Assembly (NCBI RefSeq): GCF_009914755.1
Contig: NC_060939.1
DNA from: the human T2T-CHM13v2.0 reference genome, Homo sapiens
Strand: one strand, 5' to 3'
DNA: 64,000 nt
How positions within the stretch are numbered: the first letter of the stretch is position 1; every line of letters starts with the position of its first letter. Made by a program: the position numbers and the translations under genes. A model generated the notes under the pieces. It was not told the DNA's origin. It did not search any database and saw only the letters and a list, made by a program, of their open reading frames with translations. Below, piece by piece: positions 40,400 through 53,806 of this stretch.

Positions 40400-42647
40400 G
40401 TTTAAATTCTCAGGTAATTATGTTCCTTCCTCATCCCTGTAATTTTTAATGTCATCAAAGGACTTCGGCAGAGAGGGGAACATCAGTACGACTGTGGGTA
40501 TATGTGTTATCATAAGACAATAATGCTCATTCACTCACTTAACCAGTCCCGATGACGCTCCTGCCATGTTCAGGTTGTCACCCCACAGATGGAGGTGGTT
40601 TCGTGCACTGTGAGCACATCAAACATTACTTCATATAATGTAAGCACAAATCTATATTCCAGTGTCACATGTAAATGAAATATACATGAAGCTCAAAACA
40701 GTGGTTTTATCATTTTCTTAAATTGTCTTTTTTCTTCCCATCCATTGGCAATCAAAATAGGGTTGTTTGCAATTGTATAAACTGCCCTGGGTTTCGCATG
40801 TAAAAATGATGTAAATACCAGATCTTGTTACTTTTTCACTGGCCAAAATCTGTGCATTTTCCCATCCTTAGGTGACTGACAATAGCAATTTGCCAAGTCT
40901 ATCCCTCCCTCCTTCCCCTGCTCCCCACCCAACACCACACACACATACCCCAGAGTTATGCTCCATGAGTGAAGAAGTTGGCATTAGATTTCACTGACTG
41001 TGAGGGAAGAGGAAGCCAGGTAGGAACCAGGTAGGATTTTCATCACTTAGTTACTCAGGAAGCAGGCAGTGGAGTCAGAAGTTAAGAATAAGATCTCATC
41101 TCCCACTTGCCACCCACATTCCCTCCTCTCAATACTACCTCTTTGGACAGAAGCTTATCACAACCATTTGCTTTGTCAGATTGTCCCACAAAAAGGGAGG
41201 CAAGTCCCCGGCTACTGGGATACTTAGACAGGACAGACACTGGGAGCATTTGGTCTCAATGAGCTTTCTTCTTCCCATACAGTTTTCTCTTTTGACAAAT
41301 GATGGAATCCAAACTCCAGCGGCAGATTCAAACTGTGGGGAAAGTTAATGAGGTAGGAGGCATCAGGTGAGTTACTCTGAGACAGGGTGAGGAGGATGGA
41401 AATTTCTACAGCCTGAAAGAAGCCCAGGGAGCCAGCATGCTTGTGCCTTTTTCCTGAGGAGTACGAACCAGTGCAGTGGCCATGGTGGCTCTGTGCAGGA
41501 AAGTGGGGGGATGGTGTTTCTTCTGCTGTGCACAGAAAATTGACCCTTTCTTTGCCCTTGGCAGACCATGTATAATAAGATTACTGTGTAATCCTTGTTG
41601 CTTGTCCTAGGAGCAGCCTTATCAGAAGGACAGAGAGGCATTTTACATTTGGATCTACTGTATGTATTATCTCCCAGCTGCTCCTTTTAATTTTATTTTC
41701 AGAGACAGGGATTTGCACTGCCTGAAGAGAATAGAAACACAGGGCTAGCCCCTGCCAGCCCCATCAGCCCTCAGGGCTTCTGGGCACCCATATTAATGCA
41801 CAGGACCTGCCAAACACTGAGACATCCCCCTCCCCCAACCCTCACCTGTTGTCACAGCCTCTGCAGAGCATTGAGGCCCCCAGAGGCAGAGGACAAAGAG
41901 GTCACTGCTGCTGCTGCCTGCCAGTCTCCTCTCAGCCTGCTCAGTGGCAGCCCTGGTCTTTCCTGGCACCATTTGATGTGCCCCTGAGGGATGAATGCTG
42001 GAAGAACAAGGCCAGGGCTTAGCCACTATCCTGGCTTTGCAGGGCCAGTGTCAGGTTACCTTTTCAGGCCTGATGCCCTCATGAGTAAATGAGGGATGAA
42101 AGGCAGTGAGACTGAGTTCTGGGGCTGCCAGGCACCCTGTACCACATGAGCTCACCTCTCTTAACCACAATTTACACAAAACACTGAGACTATGATACCA
42201 GCATGTATAACAGAGACAATGGAAAGGGATAAGAGGAGAGATGATAAAGAGAGGGGATCTCTCTCAAAACATGCAACTGGAAGGCAAGGATTGTCTCTGG
42301 GCCTGTTTCTCTGGCTCTGGCCATCTGGAGAGAGGCCCAGATGGAACCCTGGAGTCCAGCCCTATACAACAGCTATCACAGCCTGAACCCACAACTCATG
42401 AGGGGTGATGGCCAGAGAGGAGGGATGCAGAACCCTACAGTGGGTTCAGTGTCAGTGCCAGTGTGCATGCCATATAGATGGGCTGCCATCCACAGGCTTG
42501 GCCTCCATGAAGAGAGCTCTGACCTAGAAATAATGGGTTCAAATCCCACTCTTGGCACTTGTGCTTTTTGGTGTCATTGGCAGAGTCACTTCTTAGATTT
42601 CCCATACATATATTAAGGAGTTAATTAGATTAGAAATTGCAAATTCA

Positions 42648-42957
42648 CGGGTGCGGTGGCTCACACCTGTAATCCCAGCACTTTAGGAGGCCAAGGCAGG
42701 CAGATCACCTGAGGTCAGGAGTTTGAGACCAGCCTGCCCAACATGGCAAAACCCCATCTCTACTAAAAATACAAAAAAAAAAAAAAAATTAGCCGGGTGT
42801 GGTGGCGCTTGCCTATAGTCCTAGCTACTCAGGAGGCTGAGGCATGAGAATAGCTTGAACCCCGGTGGCGGAGGTTGCAGTGAGCTGGGATCACACCACT
42901 GCACTCCAACCTGGTCAATTGAGCAAGACTGGTCTCAATTAAAAAAAAAAAAAAAAA
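42648..42957 (+). mobile_element. AluSx/Sz-like
   Basis: Full dimer; TSD agaaattgcaaattca/agaagttgcaaattca. Confidence 0.96.
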
Positions 42958-43211
42958 AGAAGTTGCAAATTCAAATGTCAGTTGGGGCCACGCACATAAG
43001 GAAATGAATGAAAGGGGTTGAGTATAACACAATAGGAAGTTATGAGGACTGTGGTGGGTGGAGGCTCACGCACAGTGCCAAGGGGCAGCCACTTCCCCAT
43101 CCATCCAATTTTTGACGTGTTGTTGCAAGCAAAGGTTGCCAGATTGATGACTGCAAGGGAAACTGCGCATCCAGAAGGAACTCTCAGGTTTTCAAAGTTG
43201 GCATATCCGTC

Positions 43212-43525
<314 letters not shown>

Positions 43526-44319
43526 ACGTTTTTTAAAAAAGAAACATCTGTATGAACAAAATAAAATGTGCCTGTGGGTCAGATTTGCCATGGGCTGCAA
43601 TTTTGTAATCTCTGGAAATGATTCCCGAGGTGCCTTTCTGCCCTGACAGTCTGTGATTCTCATTCTGTTCCAAGAAACTCTTGGAAAATAAAAGAATCCT
43701 AACACCTTCTGAAATAAAAGATGAGATGGATCTAAGAGGGTGCAAAGTAAGGCACTTTGAGCCTTCGGGAGCCAGGGCGGCTGAGGGCAGTGCCAGGCAG
43801 AGCTCCTGGGTCCGTCCTGCCATAGACGCTGGATACCTCCAGGGTTCATTTATTTATTTATTTTGCTACATGAGGTGCAAATTTGTTTGTTGGCTTGAGA
43901 AGGCACACAGCATGCCAAGAACGAGTCCAGGGGGGCAGTAGAGAGAATAAATTCCAGCTCCCTGCTTAAGCAGCACCCACAGAAAGAAGGCCTATTGACG
44001 GATTCTGCAGATATTCTGCAGAGCCTTCCATCCAATTCAGCTACTTCCCAGCTCTCTCTCCCAGTCCTGGGTCCCCTTCTGGCAGGAGCTGACTTCTGGA
44101 CCATTCAAACTGTACGTAGAGGGAAACAGATGGACTGGCAACCTCAGATCTTAAAGGGGTCCAACTTTGTTTCTCCAGCCCTCTGCCCACCATGGACCCT
44201 CGGTTGGCTACTCTGAAGACCCATCATGCAAGGCTAGACCAGTTATAACCCCTCTACCATTTGCTGAGCCAGTTACTCCACAGGCAACTCTCTGAGGAAT
44301 GCTCTGTTGTCTTTCCACT

Positions 44320-45410
44320 TTCACAGTCGAGAAAACTGAAGTTGAGAGATGCTAAATAACTTGGCCAGAGTTCACAGCCAGAAGCAAAAGAACAAGGTTC
44401 TGAGCCCAGGTTGGAAGCCACAATTTCTGGACTCTTGAGCACTGAGCTTGTCCCAGGCTGAGAATGAGGCAGAGGTTTGGGTCTTCTCCACTGGAAACCC
44501 TGTTCCCACCTGCACCCACCCACACAGACACACATGTTCTCAGTTGCTGCACTCCTTATCTGGAACTTGATTAGGGAGATGGTGGAGGGCTTGCCAAGAA
44601 CAGAGAAAAATGTATGGGGGTATCCCTGCCATGGAGGGGGGACAGAGTTGAAGGTTGCCAGGTGAAAATTCAGACAACCTCCTCATCCAGAAAACTGTCA
44701 CAGGTCTGGGGTATGCAGCCTTTTCCAACAGACAGCATAGCTAAAAGTCAATAGTTAACGGCCCAGGGCTGGACTTGAAGCCAAGGATCTGGCTTAGGGT
44801 GAGGCCACCCTTCTTTCGAAGTAATTAGATAAAATAATTTTCAAGGGATTAAAGCAACTTTTTTGTTTGAATGTTATTTATTTGTTTCCCTCTGCTAGGC
44901 ACAAAATTTCCACACCAAGAGCCTGGGTTTATTGAAGGTCTACCCTGTGCCAGTCCCTTACAGATGTTTCATCTCATTCCTTCTCACAGCAATCCTACAG
45001 AAAAATGGCATTGTTATCCCCATTACACTGATAAGGAAACTGACCTTAGAGAGGAGAAGTGACTTTGAAAATGGCGCAACAATCAAACAGCAGACCAGGG
45101 GGATTCAAACTCAGGCTGTCTGCCCCCAGAGGACATGACCTCACCTACAACCCCGTTCTGTCTCTCCAAAATAACGAAGCTAATATTAAATGCTTATTAT
45201 ATGCAAACACAGTGTTAAGTTCTTTACTTTCAGTGTGTTATTTAACCTGCCCTGTAACCTTTGAGATAGATGCAACTATTAGCCTTAGTTCACAAACCTG
45301 CAAAAAGGGGCTTCAAAGGTTAAAGCGGCTTGCCCAGAGGCACATGTTTGGAAAGTGGCAGAGCACAGAATAGAAAGCAGATAATTTGATTTCAAGCATC
45401 CCATTCCTCT
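44320..45410 (-). mobile_element. Cluster of three MIR fragments (~44320-44440, 44925-45140, 45170-45410)
   Basis: gaaaactgaagttgagag; ataaggaaactgacc; aaggttaaagcggcttgccc cores. Confidence 0.65.
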
Positions 45411-46199
45411 GGTCTTGTCTACTTCACTGAATGTGGCACTCCCCAAACCAGGTGAGTCAGAGGAGGGAAGATGGAAAGACAGTTGGATGAAAAGGAAGGA
45501 AAAGTAGGGAATGGAAGAGAGGGGAGTAGAGGGGATGGGAGGGGAAGGTACCAGTGGAAAAGGGGCATGGGAGGGGAATATTACAGCTGATAACGGATGA
45601 GCCAAAGAAATGTGCAGGGTGATTGAGGAACAATTTCCATATGCCTGTATTCTTCCCATGACCCAGATTAAGACCCTTCAATCCCGAAGACAGTACCCCC
45701 ATCACAGTGGGGAGAGAAATTCAATGAGGACTATGCTGGGAGGGGAAGAGGGATGAGTGCCTGCCTAGAACCTTTTCTGAATCCCTTTGCATTTTTTAAT
45801 AAGATTCAAAACCATAAATTATGTAAAGCCAGAGAGCTAAAAGGGCAGACCCTTTCTGGAGTTCATTTCAACTCTGAAGTTCAGAACACTTTTAATGGCA
45901 TAATTGCAAAAGGCAAAAATCTATTTGAGTGAAAACTTCTCTTTGAACAAAGAATGCATTCGCAGACAGTGGTGCAGTGTTCCTCTCTCTGTCACCAGGG
46001 CCTGGGGAGCTGGGGGGAGGAGCAGAAAAAGAAACCATGACTTGAGAGGGGACAAGGATTTTGCCGAGAGCCTTCAGGCTCCTTTTGCTGTCCTAGAAAT
46101 TAGTCAAGCTGATTTTTCTTTTGGATTGGGAGTCAGCCTGTCCTGAAGACTGGAGACATGATGTTAAAATTAAGACAATCTGCTAATATATTTGCTCTT

Positions 46200-46885
46200 T
46201 TAAAAATAATCTATTTATGTTTTGAAATACATGATATCTGCACATGGTTAAAATATAAAATTAGGAAGTCCTAAAGGGCATATGTTGAAATTCAAATCTT
46301 CTTCCCAACCTTGTCCTCAACTTTTCAGTTCTCCTGCCCAAAGACACCTATTCCTTCCAGATTCTTGTGTTCCTTCCCACAAAAATTCTCTGCATAAATA
46401 AGCATTCCCATTTATGGACTATTGTGAGTTACTAGAAGTGTAAACCCTAAATCCTGAAGCCTGGGTTTGGCAAGTTTCTGTCTGTCCTTTCGATTGGTGA
46501 TCAAGTGGGGATAATGTTGGGTATACCTTACAGGGCTGTTGTGAAGATTGAGTTAATAATTGTAAATCTTTAAAATACCAAATGGTACATTCACCCAATA
46601 TATGTTAGCTGCTGTTACATAAGTTTACCCTTTTCACATATGAATGGTCAAATACTATGATACTGTACTGAGTCTTGCATTTGACACCTAACAGTGTACT
46701 TTATAGAGCTCCCTCATAATCCCAGAATCATATTTCACCTTATGAGTGTGCTGTAACTAATTGAACCAGCTTACTGCGAGTGGATATTTAGGCAATTTCC
46801 CATCTCTTGCTGTCAAAATGCTATGGCAATGATGATCCTTGCATATGCCTCTCTGGTTACAGGTGCAAGTATATCTGAAGGATGC
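46200..46885 (-). mobile_element. L1ME-like fragment with nested MIR (~46425-46615)
   Basis: ggatatttaggcaatttcccatc...gatccttgcatatgcc; MIR taccttacagggctgttgtgaagatt. Confidence 0.55.
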
Positions 46886-46886
46886 C

Positions 46887-47312
46887 ATTAGTCAGCCTAG
46901 GAGAAACTAGACTGCAGCAATAAATAAGTTCTAATTGCACTGTGGCTTAATACAACAGAAGGTTTAGTTCTCACTTACATTCTAGTCTATCGCAAATCAT
47001 CTCATGGTCCTTGGCGCTCTCCTCCTTAAATGTTGACTCAGGTATCCCAGATCCCAGCTACTTCTAAACTACAACTCTACATTTTGGAGATTTTTGCTGC
47101 CAGCCTTGTGAACTGTGGATAGAGAGAGCATGAGCACACATACCTGCTTATACAGCTCAGGTAGGAAGTAGCACATCACATCTGCTCACAGTCCCACTGC
47201 TGAGAACTCAATCTCGTGGTTCCACCCTAACCATTAGTGTGACTGGGGAAACATAATCTTCTAGGGTCTCCAGGAAGAGGAGACAGTGTAGTGAGGGCAT
47301 AGTGTTCTTTGA
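46887..47312 (-). mobile_element. MLT1K/L-like LTR
   Basis: attagtcag...gtggcttaatacaacagaaggttt...ggaagtagcacatcacatctgctcaca. Confidence 0.7.
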
Positions 47313-47749
47313 GTCAGGATGAAATCTAGCAATTAACTCACTTACTCATTTTGTAGATTCCATACCAATTAAAGAATTCATTTAATATAACTGTGAAACA
47401 CATAATGACAGAAAGTTCTATGAATTAAATAATGCATTTTAAACAGTACATGCATTCTATCAATTATAATTCTATTTATACTGAAAAATAATATAAATAA
47501 TATTAAAATGAGCCATGTTACTTATTCTATCAATAATGATTGGTACACATATAAACCCCAAGACTTCTTGAAATAATTCTGCTGTCTCCAGGAGTTAGTG
47601 GGTCGAAGATCAGATGTTTGTTTCTGTGTCAAGGTGCTCAAAATTTAGCCATAGTCATTGTTGTGGTACTGCATGAACAGGTGTATTCAAGTCTATTCTA
47701 ATTCTACAGGGCTGAAACTGCTGAGGAGCTCAGAATTATCTTCCTCTTT

Positions 47750-48350
47750 GCAGTCACACGCCTCTCCACAATCCATTTTCAGTACAGTGGTCAGTGATCT
47801 TTTACAAATGTAGACCAGATCATGTCACTCCCTTCAGGGGCTCCCATTACTCTTAGAATACACTAATCTTAACCATGGCCTCCAATGCCTGGAATAATCT
47901 GGCCCCTTCCCACTGGCCCCATTTCCTTCATTTCACAGGAATGCCCCCTTTACTCACTTTGATCAGATTGACTTTTTTTCTTTTTTCTTTTACTTGCCAT
48001 GACCTTTTCCTTTGACTGTTCTATTTCCCCTGCCCAGAACACTTATCACCCCCTGTCCACATACCAAGCTTAGTGTCACTGCCAGTTGAGACTCAGCTCA
48101 GAAGGTGTGCTTCCTTCCCTCCTCAAAGGGGCCTCTCCAAGCTACTCTCTGTCATATCACCCCACCTAGTTCCTTTAGATATTTTTTCCAAAGTAAATAT
48201 CAAATTTATTTGTTATTTGTAGGTTTACTGTGCTGTTTCTGTCACCAGAATACAAGTTCCACGAGGGCAAGGTTAATGTCGGTATCGTTTACTGCCATAT
48301 GTGCAGCATCCAGAAACGCACAGACTGTATATAGTCTGTATACTCAGCAG
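47750..48350 (+). mobile_element. L2
   Basis: gaccagatcatgtcactccc...aagttccacgagggcaagg. Confidence 0.75.
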
Positions 48351-48446
48351 GGCCATGGTGACAAGTCACTTAATCACTTCAGAGGGCAGTATGCATCTTA
48401 CATTCTGTTAAATGGCTTAGTAAAACCAGGTTTTCCCAGTTAGAGG

Positions 48447-48494
48447 TTTTTTGTTGCTGTTTTTGTTTGTTTGTTTGTTTGTTTGTTTGTTTTG
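48447..48494. repeat. (GTTT)n microsatellite
   Basis: Direct reading. Confidence 0.9.
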
Positions 48495-50011
48495 ACTTAA
48501 GACTTTACTTCTATTACCCAGCTTACCCTGGGAATAGTAGTAATATGAATTATTTTATCTTTCACTTGAAGTGTTTTGGTGAAAGAAAGTGTGGAGAGGA
48601 AAAAGAGAGAGGATGTTGTTCGGAAGTGAAGAGCACGTGATAAAATAAACAGGACTGGAGGAAAAGAAAAGCGTAACACTGAGTGACTTGGAGAGTTTAT
48701 TTTCTGAACTTGCACAAGGCTAGTAGCAGGTGATGAAAGCAAAACATGAGACTTCTCAGGAAGGGGCCTGAGGAGGACAGGGTGGATACTATATTATCTG
48801 CACTGGGGCACCACTTGTTCCTAATACAGCAACTAGAAGCAGTGGAAATAAATGGTTTAACATGTCTGGAATGCTGACATTACCATTAACAGTGAATAAC
48901 TGTTGTCTTAATTGAGGCTGGGGTTGAAGAGACATGGGGTCAAAATTGAATACGATTTGGACTCCAAGGTCCTCTTAGTTCAGTTGGGGAACAAGAGAAG
49001 ATGACTTTGGTTATAGCTCAGCAAAAACAATCACAGGTACTTTGGGAGAACAGAGGATGAACATCAATTTAAGCTGGAACGTGGGTAATGGGAGGCTTCC
49101 TGGAGGAGACAGTACCTAAACTGAGTCTTGAGGAGTCTGAGTTGGGCAAATAAAGAACATTGACAACATCCCACTAGGGAAGGTGACCTCCAACTCCAGG
49201 GAGATGGAACCAGGCCTACATTGCGCTACTAGCATTCCCAGGAGTAGAAGTATCTCCCTGCTTCCAAGCCAAGGTGTCTCTCTAGCGCACCATTTGGAGA
49301 GATGACTTGACGTGAACTTTTCTAAGGCTTTCATTCACCTGCTTGGTGAAAATGTTACAAAAACCATCATAAAATCAAGGGTAGAGCTGATCAAGAGACT
49401 GCCTGAAGGAAATTCCTAAACTACTACTCATAGTCCCTGCTACCATTTTTGAGGGTTTATTCTGTCTTTGGGCATTGTTCTTAGCCTTCACATGCCATTT
49501 ATCATTCAGAAAAGGGAAGGAAAACAATCAAGATTTACCTATCACCTTGTCTACTAGGTGTTGTTATAGTTGTTTTATTAACATTAATCTATTCAATATT
49601 AATCTGGTTTATTTTATCTTATACTATATCTTAACTATAACAACAAGTAGTAGATGAGGTGTTATTATAGTTGTTTAATTGGCATTAGCCTCTTCCATAG
49701 GCATCGAAAACTACAAGTGGGTAAGTAATAGTAACTTCTTAAAAATAGTAACCATTTTATAAGTCAAAAACCTGATAGAGAAAACCCACCTATTGCTGAG
49801 GGCCCAAGAGGGTGTAGGCTCTGGGTTAGACCCTTTGCATATATGAGTTCATTTAGCTTTTCAGCTACCATGTAGAGGAAGTTTCATCTTCAATCTCAAT
49901 TTTTACAGGTCAAAATAGTGAAGTTGTGAAAGCAGGTTGCCTAACCTATATCACCCTATAAAATGCTATACACAGTGCCCACTTTTTTCCACCACACTTC
50001 TTTTAGGTTTT

Positions 50012-50168
50012 AGAGCAGCATATCTCAAAGTTAAATGTGCATTTGAGTCACCTGATGACTTGTTAAAATGTAGATTCCCATTCGGTAAGTCTGCAGTGTA
50101 GCCTGAGACACTCTTCTGGGTGAGGCCCAGGCTGTTGGCCCAAGGATCACACTTGGAGCAGTGAGGTT
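50012..50168 (-). mobile_element. MER5A MITE
   Basis: tctcaaagttaaatgtgcatttgagtcacctg...cttgttaaaatgtagattc...ggatcacacttggagcag. Confidence 0.75.
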
Positions 50169-53100
50169 CTAATCTAGATAAATGTCTGTTTGCCAGGTAG
50201 GAAGTTCTGCCTTAAGGCTAATGTACTTCCTTAGTGAGGAAAACTAGGGCTTAGAGAGTTTGGATTTCTTATCTGTACTAATTGACCTTTGCCAACGACA
50301 AATGCCAGACTGTGAGCTAGAGAGCCATGCCGTGTCCTGCTGTGTCATGAACTAACTCCTATGAATGTTCTCCTCTCAAATCTGCAAGAGGGCCTCTTCC
50401 AAAAGGCTGCAGTGGTATGAGATAAGGTTTAATGGAGACAGGAGCTTAATCTGTTGACTCGGATACTGGATGGCAGGAGTTAGGTCTGGAGGTTTATAGG
50501 ACTCAGATCAGATGTTCTACCTTCAGGAAAGAGAAACACAGTGTGTTTTATTACTTTCTCAGAGATAATTTGGTGGCGATCCCCATACTACATAAACTCT
50601 ATATTAGTGTCTTTTTGAAATACAACTACAAATAGCAAGAACACTGAAAATATTTCACTATGTTTTTTTTCCAGGAGTTGCAAACATTGGAAAATTTAGT
50701 AGGAACACAGAGAAGAAAAGCCAAGTCATATTAAGGTTGTCTGCAAGACTTCTACCTTCAAAGATGTTTAAGCACTTGTTCTATGGTTGTTTGGGAGGGT
50801 ATAGCATGTAGTTTGTTTGGGAGAGTCTAGCATGGAGTTTCCATACTACAGAGAGGAAACAAAATAGACACACCTGTTTCACGTATCCAAGGAATATTCA
50901 AGCAAGATGAACAGTCAAGCATAAGACCCAACAGTATTTGCCCATGCTCTAAACCTCCAGCCACGAGATCATTTTCCATGAGAGGAGGTAGGAAGATCAT
51001 TCTCGCCTGAGAAATGAAATGGAGATGTGGTAGGAAATGTCATGCCTTGGGTGCATGAGCCTTATTTCAATAATCAATCACCCAAATTGAATCGCTTATT
51101 TATACATCTGATTGTCTTTGCATTATTTAGAAGGTATTTAATGACAGCCAGCCTGACAGCATGCATCTAACACATGCCAGATAGATTTAGAAGACTTGGA
51201 AACATCTCTTTCTAATTGTTTGGACAGGCATATTGATTGCTATTTCCTCTTTCAGGGTTCTGTAAAGCACTTTATGTCATTTGCATGCTGCACACACATA
51301 CATACACAGACACACATGTAGAGAATAAGCAATGCCCCATGCAAAGTAGGAACCTGCAGGAGGCATCTCTCTTAAATGGGGAATGGTGTATCTAAAGCCA
51401 AGAAGTCAGGTGACAAGGGCCTGATTTCTACGTAGCTGGTAGGCCCAGATCCCATGCAGGAGGTGAAGAGAGCTGAACTCTCCAGGGTGGGTAAAAAGCC
51501 TGACATTATTTTGTGTGTTCTCCAGGTCTGGAAAGCATGACAGCCTTTGCAGACAGGCTGTGTTCTGCTGTGTTCTGATTATCTGACACTCTCCCCAGGA
51601 CACTGAAGGAAATGGCCCAGAGTTAGGGCAGGGGGTGAGATTGGTTCTTGCTTTTTTCATTTCTGCAGAACAGCCCACAGGGCCTGAAGAGACGCTGCCC
51701 TTTGGAGTGTATCAATGACTGGGAGGCAGAGCTCAGCAGACTGTGTGACTCAGAAGCTCTGCTCCTCCCTGTCCTCACCTCGCACTGGTGTTTCCATAGA
51801 GTGGCTTTATTACACTGCCGGGTTTCCTTGGATATTAAATATAAGAAATGAAAAAGTAACGACATTAATATCCTGGTAGATGATGGCTTTTTGAGCTTAT
51901 GTCTGTCTCTTGGGGGAAAAAGTAACTTTGATGTGCTGTGTATCTTCTGCTTACGGGGGATTCTTTTTTCTTCTTTCTCCCTATCAAAGTTTATTCTGCA
52001 GTCCTCTTTTCTCTCCCAGCCTGCCCTTAAGGGGAATTTGTGTGACAAGAGAGTGCCTTAACTGCAGCACTCCCAGAGGCCGAGGCTTCAGGGAGCTGCC
52101 TCTGCATCCAGGATTCCAAGCCCCCAACACAGACTCCACTCCCCCAGAATCCCTGCTTGTTTGTGTTTGGCAGAGGGTGACCTCCTGCTCAGAGCAAGGG
52201 AACTTGGAGAGACTCGCAGCTAGCAAATAACTTTTGCAGAATGACATCTTGATGAGTAAATTAATCTAAAAGGCACCGAGTTTCTTCTCTTGATGTTTCC
52301 AAGGTAAAGCTCAGGATAGGAGGGTGACAGCCATTTTTCAAGCCAGGAAGTCCTTTGTCAATGGTCACTGACACTTTGATGAATTCACAGGGCTCTTTGG
52401 TTTCAGGCCACCCATGGCTAAACCAACATGCAAACCCGACTTGACACACATGCTTCCCACCTTCTCCCCTCAGACACTCCATCTGCTGGTTTCTCTGCCT
52501 CTGGCTCAGCATTGGAGTTCCACTCAGGACCATGACCCGAGTGCTGAGCAGAGCAAGGTGAGGAGGCGTGCGGCTGAGTAGGGAGGTAAGCAAGAAGGCA
52601 AAGCACCCAACAGTGAGAGTGGGGACTGAATTAGCAAAAGACAGATAGATCCACTTTGCCTTGGGAGTGGATGAAGAGGGATGGAGGAAGTGACATGGGT
52701 GTAAGGTTTTGAAGGAGGAATAGGAGCCCTGCAGTGGGAGAGCAGCCTGTGCTGTGAAGGGGTGAGATAGCAGAGCACGAACTCTGATTGACAGGAAAGT
52801 CCTTCTGTAGGCTCCACATTTCACCTGGATGAGCCTCGCTGAGGGACTCTTCAAAGGCATCCACATGTCTTTTGCCAGTTGACCCTACACAGGGGATATT
52901 GCAGCTCCTCAGAGGAGGAGAGTGGGTGTCCTGGTGGTGCAAGGTCTGGAGTGTACTGGGAAAAGTAGGAGCTATAAAGCATTACCCCTGCAGGACCACT
53001 GCCTGAGCCTTTGCTCTATGCGTAAGTTTTCTGTTTAGAGATTATTCTGCTCTTAGATAGAGGAAGAGAATGGGGAGTGGGTGCTAGATGAGAGGTTGAA

Positions 53101-53745
53101 GGAGGAAATTGAAGATCTACACTCCTCACCATGAACAAAGAACTCGTCTTCCTACAGGCTTCTGCAAACCCAAAGAGGGAACAGTCCCCTCACCTCTAAA
53201 GTGGGATTGTTTGTTATCATAGAAACCTCCCCAGGCCCCCAGGAGATGTCAGCTGTTCTCTGAGATCTTTCACAATGTAAAAGGTCTTTAAATATCAGCT
53301 CGGCATCCAAGGATCCAAAGCCCCAAGTCCCTCTTGGCCCCACCCGCCTCCCCGCTCCCCTCTCTTCCATCCTCTCTTCCCCTGCCCTGTTTATTTTTAG
53401 TGACGATAAACCCAGCTCTTGATCTGGAGAGTTGATCTTTTTGAGTAAATTTAATTAACTACATTTTTAACTCCACTCTCCTCGGCCTTGGCAGGAATGA
53501 GCCATTGGTCTTACAGATGACTGGCCTGATGGGAAGGGTAAAAGAAGAGAGTAGAGACGATGCCATAGCCAGCAGCCCCCTCTTTCCTCTCTTTTTTGAA
53601 AGACGTCAGCTAATGATACCATTCTGGACCATTGAAGTCACTGAAGACGCAGGATTGGAGACAGAGGAAGGTGGGGAGGGAAGGGAGGAGGAGGTTCTAA
53701 GCCTGACATTGGCCATGTGATGAATGAAGTGCCACTTCAGGAACA

Positions 53746-53806
53746 GGTGTGTGTGTATGTGTGTGAATGTGAGTGTATGCGTGCATGTGCACATGTGTGC
53801 ACATGC
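53746..53806. repeat. (TG)n-like alternating purine/pyrimidine tract
   Basis: Direct reading. Confidence 0.85.

Noticed and set aside
52261-52866. 201-aa minus-strand ORF, the longest non-L1 ORF
   Set aside because: No recognisable domain, GTG start, no splice context; length attainable by chance
52965-53030. TATA-like ctataaag followed by a GTAAGT donor as a promoter and first exon
   Set aside because: Short motifs expected by chance; no other support
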